A stretch of 64,000 bases of DNA, taken from NCBI GenBank assembly GCA_963823595.1, contig CAWGME010000020.1:118184-182183 (forward strand). The letters run 5' to 3'. Under the pieces are notes generated by a model. The model ran no database searches, was not told the origin of the DNA, and was given only the letters and a program-made list of their open reading frames with translations. This stretch comes from an uncultured Acidobacteriota bacterium (GTDB taxonomy: Bacteria > Acidobacteriota > Terriglobia > Terriglobales > Acidobacteriaceae). The translations under genes and the position numbers were made by a program. Positions 1 to 8,655 of this stretch are shown piece by piece (within the stretch, counting starts at the first letter, position 1; the number at the start of each line of letters is the position of its first letter).

Positions 1-222
1 AATTTGAAAAATCAGAGAAAAGAAAGCGGAGAAATAGATTAGTCCGAGCGCCCGCAGAAAAATCCACCGCGGAATCAGGTGGTCGCGCACGCCCTGTTCC
101 GGGTCGAACCAGCGGCGAATCGCGCCTGTCCAATTCCAGTTCATGGGCCTGTCCAGTTCCCGTTCCGTGTCCAATTCCAATTCATGGATGAGAGGAATTA
201 TAGCCGCGCGATCGATGCCGCA

Positions 223-699
223 TCAGTCCCTGGGAGCCCCTTCCATCACGCGCGATCTGCGCGCGAAATAAACCAGGCCCGCAGTCGCAATCGCGGCCCC
301 CATACACCAGGAACAGATCCGTCCGAACTGCGTCACCTGTTTTTTCGCGCTCCGCACGGCCATCGTCCCGTCGAGCGCCAGCTTGCTGCGTAGCGCCTTC
401 TGCAGCATTGGCCGCGATGGACCGGCAAAGATCAGCAACGTCAGCGTGACGCCGTAACTGCCGATCCCCAGAACTCCGTCCGGAATCCCAAATCTGTACG
501 CGCCCTTCGACATAACGATTTCGGTTGAGTTGAAAAATTTTCCCGGCGGATCGGGAAGAGTTTTTAAAACTCGAAGTTGCACCAGCGCCACCGGCACCAA
601 TGAGCCGATCGCCACGCAGCAACAGACAATCGCTAGTTTTTTATGTATTACGCCGGTATCTTCCTCCATGTAAGGTTCCGGTCTTGGATCCCACACCAT
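223..699 (-). CDS. VKOR (vitamin K epoxide reductase) family-like small membrane protein
   Basis: ORF 223..882(-). The in-frame Met at 699 avoids overlap with the upstream gene ending at 723. Several hydrophobic helices; FGIPDGVLGIGSYG loop motif; CSWC (CXXC) at the start of the last helix, as in VKOR proteins. The usual loop Cys pair is absent. Confidence 0.5.
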   Translation of the reverse strand: MVWDPRPEPYMEEDTGVIHKKLAIVCCCVAIGSLVPVALVQLRVLKTLPDPPGKFFNSTEIVMSKGAYRFGIPDGVLGIGSYGVTLTLLIFAGPSRPMLQKALRSKLALDGTMAVRSAKKQVTQFGRICSWCMGAAIATAGLVYFARRSRVMEGAPRD

Positions 700-722
700 A
701 GTGCTTCTCCTTTTCGTTCGGG

Positions 723-1718
723 TTAGCTTTTCTTCCAGGCGGCCGCGGCCGCCGTTGCCAGCACAACACCAGCGCACAACAGCCAGCCGCGGTTGAGATC
801 GGCAAATACCTGCGGGCTGAACGATCGCGAGCGTTTGTTGAAAGGTCCATGGGCGCTGTGCGTCCCGCCCACATAATGCCAAAGGTTGTTGGGACGGTCC
901 GGGCTGTCCGGCACGCCGGTCTGCTGCGCTTTGTATCCGGTGTGGCCCAGATAGCGATCGAGCAGCCCCGGAACAAACATCTGCCCGACGATTGCCTCCA
1001 CAGTTGACAAACCAACCCAGTATTCCCGGCGGGGTCGATCGGTCTCCGCCGCATGCACCACGACATTTGCGGCAACCTCTGGCTGAAAAATGGGAGGCAC
1101 CGGCTGCGGCTTATCCGGCAAACGGCTTTTTACCCAGGTGAACTGCACCGTGTTCATGGCCGGCATCTGAACCATCGTCAGTTGAACGTTGCTTTTATCG
1201 TGGTAGAGCTCGCAACGCAGAGAATCCGTAAATCCGGCAATGGCATGCTTGCAGGCACAATACGCCGACTGCAACGGGATGCTGCGAACGGCCAGCGCCG
1301 AGCCAATCTGAATGATGGTGCCGCGGTCCCGCGGCAGCATCCGGTGCAACGCGGCAAGCGTGCCGTGGACATATCCAAGATATGTGACCTCCGTCACGCG
1401 CTTATATTCATCCGGCTTCATTTCCTTGACCGGCGAAAACACGGAAACCATGGCATCGTTGACCCACACATCGATCGGACCGAAAGCCTGCTCCAGTTTG
1501 CTCGCCGCATCATCCACTGCGTCGGCATCGCTCACATCAACCGGCAGCACAATCGCTTCGCCACCCAGTTGCATCACCTCCTGCCGGCATGCTTCGAGCG
1601 CCTCCGGATTTCTCGCGATCAATCCAAGGCGAGCGCCTCGTTTTGCAAAGCCATGCGCAATTGCGCGGCCCAGACCGGCTGAAGCTCCCGTTACCATCAC
1701 TACCTGTTTCGATCCCAT
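723..1718 (-). CDS. Short-chain dehydrogenase/reductase (SDR) with C-terminal membrane-anchor-like tail
   Basis: ORF 723..1793(-), start taken at MGSKQVVMVTGASAGLGRAIA (TGxxxGxG Rossmann motif). Catalytic YCACK (YxxxK). Hydrophobic C-terminus LLCAGVVLATAAAAAW. Confidence 0.85.
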   Translation of the reverse strand: MGSKQVVMVTGASAGLGRAIAHGFAKRGARLGLIARNPEALEACRQEVMQLGGEAIVLPVDVSDADAVDDAASKLEQAFGPIDVWVNDAMVSVFSPVKEMKPDEYKRVTEVTYLGYVHGTLAALHRMLPRDRGTIIQIGSALAVRSIPLQSAYCACKHAIAGFTDSLRCELYHDKSNVQLTMVQMPAMNTVQFTWVKSRLPDKPQPVPPIFQPEVAANVVVHAAETDRPRREYWVGLSTVEAIVGQMFVPGLLDRYLGHTGYKAQQTGVPDSPDRPNNLWHYVGGTHSAHGPFNKRSRSFSPQVFADLNRGWLLCAGVVLATAAAAAWKKS

Positions 1719-1761
1719 AACTCCCTCTCGTTCGAATTGATCGCTATGGCTGTGCGGCCTT

Positions 1762-2985
1762 TCAGGCATGCAGCTCCAGATCGGAAGCGACACTTTGAAA
1801 ATCGGTCAAGACCTCCACGCCGCTGGAAGTAACGGCAACCATGTCGCAGTGGCGCATTCCTCCGTATCCCTGGATGTAAATGGCTGGTTCAATATTGAAG
1901 GTGATCCCGGTTTCGAGAACATCCGTCGACTTCGGATGCACCCTTGGAATCGCGTCGTGGTTTGAGGCAGCAAAACACACGCCGTGTCCGGTTGCATGCT
2001 TGAACTCCTTCCCGAAGCCACGTTTGGTCAAAACATCGCGTGCTGCTTTATCGACATCGGATGCAGGAACTCCCGGCGCTATGCGCGACAATGCCGCAGC
2101 CCGAGCCTCCAGAATTGCCGCGCGCATCTCCTTCTGTTTCGCATCCGGCGCGCTGCAGGTGTAGGTGCGGGTAATGTCGGTCCAGTATCCGTCGGCGTTG
2201 GAATTGCAGTGGATCATGACCAGATCGCCCGGTTCAATCACTCGTTCCCGTGTGCGCGCGTAAGCGGCGTAAGCGATTGCAGAGTTCACCCCCGACATGC
2301 AGAAAAAAAATGCGTCCCGCCGGGTTGCTCCATTGCCCAATTGTGATTTGGCAAATCCGGAACGGAAGAGCTCTGCTGCCGTCGGTTCCTGCAATCCAAT
2401 CTGCAGGGCCTCGCTGCCCGAGGCGTAGGCGACTTTGGCCAGGCCGCAGGAAGAGCGCAAACGATCCAGTTCTCGCGCTGTTTTCGTCATGCTCAACCGG
2501 TTCAGCAGATCATCCGCGGGGACTTGGCTGCTGTGGGGAAAAGCATTCCGCAGAATATCCAGAAGCACCGGCCCATAGCGAAATTGCGCCAGGTAAGAGA
2601 CGGGGTAAAGCGATCCACGCACCTCCACGCCGAGCCGCGCATGATCGAGGTCGAGGGAACGAACAAGAGACGTAAGCGGCTGCGCAATCGCCTTTTCGGA
2701 ATTCGTGATCTCATTCAGCGATCCGGGGCTGAAGCCGGTGCAGTGCGCGGTGGACAGCTGAGCGGCGATTTCCTTTTCATCCTCCGGCAGCAACAGGTGC
2801 GCCTCGCCCTCCTTAGTGAGCAGTGCGACCGTGTTCCCCATCACCGACCAATATCCGGTAAGCATCAGCACGTGCGATGGAACCGCACAGAGCAGCGCGT
2901 CGAGCTTGCTCTCCTTTAGTGCGGCGGCAATGCGGCCCTCGCGCTCCGTATCCGGTTGAGCCGCCGTTATCGATGAGCCGCTCAT
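1762..2985 (-). CDS. M24-family metallopeptidase (Xaa-Pro aminopeptidase/creatinase-like)
   Basis: 407-aa ORF with a pita-bread-fold C-terminal half (DLVMIHCNSNADGYWTDITRT, HATGHGV, NIEPAIY, GMRHCDMV). 4-nt overlap with the upstream GMC gene. Confidence 0.8.
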   Translation of the reverse strand: MSGSSITAAQPDTEREGRIAAALKESKLDALLCAVPSHVLMLTGYWSVMGNTVALLTKEGEAHLLLPEDEKEIAAQLSTAHCTGFSPGSLNEITNSEKAIAQPLTSLVRSLDLDHARLGVEVRGSLYPVSYLAQFRYGPVLLDILRNAFPHSSQVPADDLLNRLSMTKTARELDRLRSSCGLAKVAYASGSEALQIGLQEPTAAELFRSGFAKSQLGNGATRRDAFFFCMSGVNSAIAYAAYARTRERVIEPGDLVMIHCNSNADGYWTDITRTYTCSAPDAKQKEMRAAILEARAAALSRIAPGVPASDVDKAARDVLTKRGFGKEFKHATGHGVCFAASNHDAIPRVHPKSTDVLETGITFNIEPAIYIQGYGGMRHCDMVAVTSSGVEVLTDFQSVASDLELHA

Positions 2986-4740
2986 AAGGACGCGTTCGCA
3001 AATCTGGGTATGCCTCTGCCATAGGTCCCCGGAGGCGCAAGATGTTTGCGTACAGGTGGCGCGGTGATGTCGCGGTCATCGGAGTTGAACACCGTCTCAC
3101 CTTGCGATATGAGATAGTCCGCTGTGCGCGCCGCCAGCGCCTGAATTGTAAGTCCAGGATTGGCCGAACCCTGGGTCGGTAAAACGCTGCCATCGCAAAC
3201 GAACAGATTGGCGATGTCATGCGAGCGGCCAAATTTGTCGACGACGGAGGTGCGCGGGTCCGATCCCATTCGGGCGGCGCCGACCAGGTGCGCATACCGC
3301 GCCTCCTGCACTACTTCCTCCGCGCCCGCGGCCCGCATCACTTCCATCGTTTTGTTCTTGCCGAATTCGATCAGCTTCTGGTCGTTATCGTGCAGATTGA
3401 AAGTGACCTTCGCAACAGGCAGGCCGAATCGATCTTTTTCCTTCGCAAGCTGCACGCGGTTGTCCGGCCATGGAAGGATTTCGCCGAGAAAGCCGAACGC
3501 CGCCCAGTGGTTGTAGTCCATCATGACGCGCCGAAGACCCCATCCCCATGCGCCCTTGGCCGTCATCATCTGCTTGGCAAATGCGATCGGGAGCGGTCCG
3601 ACGGTCTGGATGGCGAAGCCGCGCGCAAAATCCCGCTTGGGATCGGTCTCGTAGAATTCCTCCGTCAAGGCATGCGCCGGGGGAGCTTTGTACATGCGGA
3701 CCAGCTGTTCAAATCGGCCGAGAATTACATTGCCTGCCTGCGCCATCAAAAAGCGGCCGACGGTGTCGCTGGAGTTGGCCAGACCATTCTCGTATCCCGG
3801 GCAGGCGGAGTTCAGCAACAGGCGCGGCGTCTCGATCGCATATCCGGAAACAATCACCGCCTTCGCTTTCTGAAAATGCTCATTACCCTTCGCGTCAAAA
3901 TAGCTCACCCCGGTGACGCGATTGTTTTTCCGGTCCAGATGAATCCGGTTCACCATGGAGTTGTCGCGGATTTCCGCGCCGTTTTCCAGCGCATCCGGCA
4001 CATGCGTGATCAGCGTGCTGGCCTTCGCGCCCACCTTGCAGGCCTGAATGCAGTAGCCGCGATAGATGCAATGCGGCCGGTCCCCATGCGAACCGGAAAG
4101 AATGGCGACCGGGCCGCCGATGCTGACGCCGATGCCCAGGTTCGTGCAGCCCTTGATCAGCGCGTCGCCCGACACCACCCATGGGATGCGGTCCATAGGC
4201 ATAGCTGTGCGGATCGCCCCACGGATAATAGGCCGGCCCAGCCACTGGCATCTCCATCTCCAGCAGCTCGTAGTAGGGCTTCAGTTCGTCATAGCTCATC
4301 GGCCAGTCGACGCCGACGCCGTCGAGCGAGTGAATAAAGAAGTCCGAGGGATGCAGCCGAGGAGTAAAAGCCGCCCAATGCACAGAGCCGCCGCCGACAC
4401 CGCGTCCCGAGTTATTAGCTCCCAGCGCGAGAGGATGGTCGCCTCCCGTGATCCGCAGGTCTTCCCAATACAGATTGTGCGAGCCTGCTTCATCGCTAAC
4501 CCAGTCGGTTTCCGTGTTCCAGAAAGGACCAGCTTCGAGACCTAGCACGCGGAAACCCGCGCGCGACAGCCGCTGCAGAAGTACGCCGCCCGCCGAACCC
4601 ACGCCGACGACGACGTAGTCAACTTCTTCTTCGCCATAGTGGCGCATCGGGACGTCGATTTTTTGAATAGGCCCGAGCGCATGGCCATTGTGGCCATTCT
4701 CATTGCGTTCGTTGAAAAGATCGGCGCGCAACCTGTTCAA
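2982..4740 (-). pseudogene. GMC-family FAD oxidoreductase (large flavoprotein subunit), frame broken once
   Basis: The N-terminal part is in ORF 3895..4740(-) (DYVVVGVGSAGG ... YYPWGDPHSYAYGPHPMGGV). It continues in ORF 2982..4202(-) (SGDALIKGCTNLGIGVSIGGPVAILS ... HCIYRGYCIQACKVGAKAS). Junction is about 4160-4200. 4-nt overlaps with both neighbours. Confidence 0.85.
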
Positions 4741-5462
4741 TGCGTTCCTCCCTGTCCTGGCGACGCGTGATGCTGATCCTTTTTGCCGACCGGTTCATAC
4801 ACATCCGAGACGGAATCCGCGGGAGCCTGCCATTCATATCGCTGCTCCTCGACTTCCCATGGCTCCGGCTCCCCGCGTTCCAGCCGCATATAGGCGCGCG
4901 GATAGGCTGGGCCGCCGAATCCAATCTCATCCCACGCATAGGGATGCGCGTAATAAGCCTCCGCCGCATCCTGCACCAGCAGCATCCAGAACCGCTCCAC
5001 CGGCATTTTTTCCCAGATATGTTGCGCGCCCTCCGGGTCGCCGTCATGGATGCTGCGCAGCAACTGGTCCTGCTCGCGAGCAGTCAGCTCAAGGAATCTT
5101 TTGCCATGCGTCGTCTGCGCAATCTCCTCGATGGCCTGCATTCCCAGCCGGTAAGCATCCTGATCCGGCGGCATATCCTCGTACCGATAGCCATCCAGCC
5201 GGTTTTTATAGAGTCGCTCATCCACTACCGGAACGATTGGAATTCGGTATTTTTCATCGCGATCGCTCTGCGGCAAAATATGCTCGAAGATCGCTTCTAT
5301 CAGCGGAGCCTCCTCGGGCGTGAAAAAATGCAGTTCTTGAGATCGCGTCACTCTTTCGAGCACGGTCTTTCGCGTAGCTTCGTCCCAGTACGCCTGCTGG
5401 CTCAATGTGTGGTAGCCCGGATAGTACCCAGGCTGGCCGTCATTGGATTTACGCTTCTTCAT
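4737..5462 (-). CDS. Gluconate 2-dehydrogenase subunit 3 family protein (small subunit partner of GMC dehydrogenases)
   Basis: ORF 4737..5741(-), start taken at MKKRKS (5462), which overlaps the upstream stop by 4 nt. Family motifs HFFTPEEAPLIEAIFEHILPQ, GKRFLELTAREQDQLL, AYYAHPYAWDEIGFGGPAYPRAY. No twin-arginine signal is visible. Confidence 0.8.
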   Translation of the reverse strand: MKKRKSNDGQPGYYPGYHTLSQQAYWDEATRKTVLERVTRSQELHFFTPEEAPLIEAIFEHILPQSDRDEKYRIPIVPVVDERLYKNRLDGYRYEDMPPDQDAYRLGMQAIEEIAQTTHGKRFLELTAREQDQLLRSIHDGDPEGAQHIWEKMPVERFWMLLVQDAAEAYYAHPYAWDEIGFGGPAYPRAYMRLERGEPEPWEVEEQRYEWQAPADSVSDVYEPVGKKDQHHASPGQGGTH

Positions 5463-6517
5463 TTCTCTCTCCGGAATAGACTCGCCAGAAGACCCAGCAT
5501 GCCGCAGGCACTGAACAGCAGCGGCGCCAGCACCGGAGGTCCATACATGATGTTGTAGAGAAGGTGTTTCCTTCCGCCGGGCCGCCTCAGCACTCCCCGC
5601 GAGTGGTAATAAAAGCCCACCGATCCGTCGATGACCGCAGCCGCCGACAACGCCGGCAACCAGGTGTGCGCCACCTTGCGGCTGCGCATTGCCCCCAGAC
5701 TGGCGGCCATCAGCATCGGCGTTAATATCACCGGCGTCCACTGAGCTTTGTAGCGGAAGTTATTTTTGTAGTGGGAGTAAAATGCTTCGAAGCCGCTGAA
5801 GAACGCCGACAGCGCGGTTGCCGCCGCCATATGCTTCTGGAAGCGGCCTTCCCTCAGATCCTGCGCCCAGCTGATTTTTTCATGCTTCGAAATCTGCTCG
5901 CCCGGCAGCGTGTTCATCCAATGATGCGGGTGCGCCGCGCGCGGTACCCAGGCGACGTCGTCTTCGGGACTCTCCTCATCTTCCTCGCGGCGAAGATACG
6001 AAGCGATCAAGCCTAGATAGGCGCTCAGGCCGAACAGCAGTGGGGCAAATACCGGCGGCCCCATCACCATATTCGTCATGGGGAAGCGCCATCCTCCGGG
6101 TTTGCGCGCAATTCCGCGAATATGGAAGTAAAATCCGGTAACGCCGTCGGCCAACGTCAGCACTGCCACAGGGCGAAGGATCTGCCGCGCTGCCCGTTTG
6201 CTGAAAAATCCCGCAATACCGCCGGCGAACAGCAGCACGCTGAACGCTACCGGCGTGTACATCACTCTACGGCTATAACTGCCGCGATAATGCTCATAGC
6301 CGACTTCAACTCCGGTCATCAGACTGGAGAAGCCGGCGAGGAGCGCCAGGCTGCGCTGAAATCGGCCTTCCCGGATATGCTCATCGACCAGCCGTAGGTC
6401 ACCGCCACCCTCCGCCCACAGCGAGTCTTCCGGATCGTTTTCTTCTGTCATTCGTTGCGACTCGGGTCTGTTTGTCTCGGCCTCAGTCATCCCGCCCCCG
6501 TCGTTCATCTTCGACAC
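5459..6517 (-). CDS. Integral membrane protein of unknown function, internal tandem duplication (2 x ~4 TM)
   Basis: 352-aa ORF. Its two halves share REGRFQ, Y-HY, TPV, DG-GFY-H-RG--R-PGG, N-MYGPPV-APLLF and RRE motifs. First gene of the GMC operon. Confidence 0.7.
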   Translation of the reverse strand: MSKMNDGGGMTEAETNRPESQRMTEENDPEDSLWAEGGGDLRLVDEHIREGRFQRSLALLAGFSSLMTGVEVGYEHYRGSYSRRVMYTPVAFSVLLFAGGIAGFFSKRAARQILRPVAVLTLADGVTGFYFHIRGIARKPGGWRFPMTNMVMGPPVFAPLLFGLSAYLGLIASYLRREEDEESPEDDVAWVPRAAHPHHWMNTLPGEQISKHEKISWAQDLREGRFQKHMAAATALSAFFSGFEAFYSHYKNNFRYKAQWTPVILTPMLMAASLGAMRSRKVAHTWLPALSAAAVIDGSVGFYYHSRGVLRRPGGRKHLLYNIMYGPPVLAPLLFSACGMLGLLASLFRREK

Positions 6518-6610
6518 CCTTGACCGATGACATTTTCCATTGGGAATCTCTGCGGGAACGGTGGTCGACCGGTTTTCCTATCGATCTATGCCAGCGGAAT
6601 CAAGCCTACG

Positions 6611-6634
6611 CATCCGTTCCTTAAAGAACGGATG
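6611..6634 (-). terminator. Perfect 9-bp stem-loop (CATCCGTTC-cttaaa-GAACGGATG) between poxB and the GMC operon
   Basis: Read directly from the sequence. There is no U-tract after it on the minus strand, so an intrinsic-terminator function is uncertain. Confidence 0.35.
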
Positions 6635-6679
6635 TACGTAAGAAGTTCCTGCCACCTCACAGTAATAGGAAAAACCGGT

Positions 6680-8434
6680 CTAAATAACTTCGCGCACCTT
6701 GTCTTCGAGCACCGTCTTGATGATTTTGTAGCGGTCTTTTTCCCCTCGGGCCAAAGCCTCGCCGAAATTTAAAGCCTGTTTCATCGTGATGTGTCCTGGC
6801 AGTGGAGGCTCGTTCGGATCCACTACGCACTGCACAACAGCTGGTCCTTCGTCGGCAAGTGCGCGGCGCAGCACGGATTCCGCCTCTTCCGGACGCTCGA
6901 TGGTGAAGCCGGCAGCACCACACGCCTCGGCAACCTGGGCAAAATCGATCGGCTGCAGATCCACTCCAAACTCCGGATTCGCATCCTCGACCATCTGCTC
7001 CCACTTAATCTGCCCCAGGACATTGTTCTTGATGACGATGACCTTGACATTGAGCTTGTATTTGGCAATGGTCGCCAGTTCGCACATCAGCATGCTCAGG
7101 CCGCCATCTCCGACTACGCAGACCACCTGCCGCCCCGGATAGGCGACCGCAGCACCAATGCTGTAGGGCAGACCATTCGCCATCGTGGCCAGGGAGCCGG
7201 AGAGCGAAAACTTCATATCTCCGCGCATCTCAATGTACCGTGCGGTCCAGGTCGCAATAGTTCCGCTGTCGGAAGAGACGATCGCATCATCATTCAGCAG
7301 ACGATTCAAGGTGTGCGTCACCACCTGCGGCTTCATTGGCATGTCTTTGCGGGTGCCGCGCTCGTGCATCAATTCATTCCATTGCTTCATGCGGTCCTGG
7401 CTCTCTTCCAGAAACGCGCGGTTCTTCTTATGTTTCAGCAGCGGAATCAGCGCTGCGAGTGTCGCTTTTGCATCACCCACCAGCTCGACGTCCACCGGAT
7501 GGCGCAGGCCCATGCGAGTAGCATCGATGTCGATCTGCACGCATTTTGCTTTTCCCGGTTTGGGTAGAAATTCCATATACGGAAAGCTTGTACCCACCAT
7601 TAGCAGCGTGTCGCATTCCTTCATTGCATCCTGAGAAGGCGCGGTCCCCAGCAGACCGATGCCCCCGATCGCCAGCGGATGGCGATCGGGAATTACTGCT
7701 TTGCCGAGCAGCGCCTTCACCACCGGCGCACCGATCAGCTCTGCAGTCTGTAGCACTTCCTCGCGCGCGCAGAGCGCGCCGCATCCCACCAGCATCACCA
7801 CCCGGGAACCCTCATTCAGAATGGCTGCGGCCTTCTCCAAAGCAGGGTGCAACGGCACCGCATGGGAACGCGTGTAAGTGTCCTGACTATGGTGCGGGAC
7901 GTTGGCCGGCGACCGGTACTTGTCCGTCACCGTCCATCCCTGGATGTCCTTTGGAAGAGTAATGTGGGCCACACCGCGGCGCGTCATTGCCGTGCGGATG
8001 GCCGCGTCCACTACAACGTTGACGTGCGCCGGGCCCATCACGCGCTCGTTATAAACGGAAACATCCATGAACAGCTTGTCGAGGTCCACGTCCTGCTGAT
8101 AGCTCGTGCCGATCAAATCGTGGAACGTATGGCCAGTAATCGCAAGCACGGGGTGCCCGTCGCACTTGGCGTCATATAGCCCGTTTAACAAATGGATGCC
8201 GCCCGGCCCTGAGGTCGCCAGACATACACCAAGACGTCCCGTGTATTTCGAATAACCGACGGCGGCAAAGGCGGCGGCCTCCTCGTGCCGCACCTGGATG
8301 AACTTGATCTTGTCCTGGTGCGTTCTCAATCCCTCAAACAATCCGTCAATACCGTCTCCGGGAAAACCGAAAATTGTGTCTACACCCCAATTGATCAGGC
8401 GCTCGTACAGAATATCTGCCACTTGCTTGCTCAT
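6680..8434 (-). CDS. poxB: Thiamine-diphosphate-dependent pyruvate dehydrogenase (quinone)/pyruvate oxidase
   Basis: 584-aa ORF collinear with PoxB-type enzymes: N-terminal TPP-pyrimidine domain (RHEEAAAFAA, GPGGIHLLNGL), central FAD domain, C-terminal GDGG-SMLM TPP motif and amphipathic tail. Confidence 0.85.
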   Translation of the reverse strand: MSKQVADILYERLINWGVDTIFGFPGDGIDGLFEGLRTHQDKIKFIQVRHEEAAAFAAVGYSKYTGRLGVCLATSGPGGIHLLNGLYDAKCDGHPVLAITGHTFHDLIGTSYQQDVDLDKLFMDVSVYNERVMGPAHVNVVVDAAIRTAMTRRGVAHITLPKDIQGWTVTDKYRSPANVPHHSQDTYTRSHAVPLHPALEKAAAILNEGSRVVMLVGCGALCAREEVLQTAELIGAPVVKALLGKAVIPDRHPLAIGGIGLLGTAPSQDAMKECDTLLMVGTSFPYMEFLPKPGKAKCVQIDIDATRMGLRHPVDVELVGDAKATLAALIPLLKHKKNRAFLEESQDRMKQWNELMHERGTRKDMPMKPQVVTHTLNRLLNDDAIVSSDSGTIATWTARYIEMRGDMKFSLSGSLATMANGLPYSIGAAVAYPGRQVVCVVGDGGLSMLMCELATIAKYKLNVKVIVIKNNVLGQIKWEQMVEDANPEFGVDLQPIDFAQVAEACGAAGFTIERPEEAESVLRRALADEGPAVVQCVVDPNEPPLPGHITMKQALNFGEALARGEKDRYKIIKTVLEDKVREVI

Positions 8435-8655
8435 TGCTTCCCTTCCCTTGATTGGCTGGATTGCATTGCTTAAGAATCGTGAGACCGTTCCCGGTCTGAA
8501 GTTCTGCCCTGAGTAATGTCCATCACCTTAGTAGGAGGTAAATTTCAGTACGAGGGATGTATCGATCGTTAAGCTCCCGCCGAAGCACGAGCAAATTCAT
8601 CTCTGGAAAATAGTTTCGTCGCAGATAAAAACCTCTTCGTGAAATCGATTTTCTA

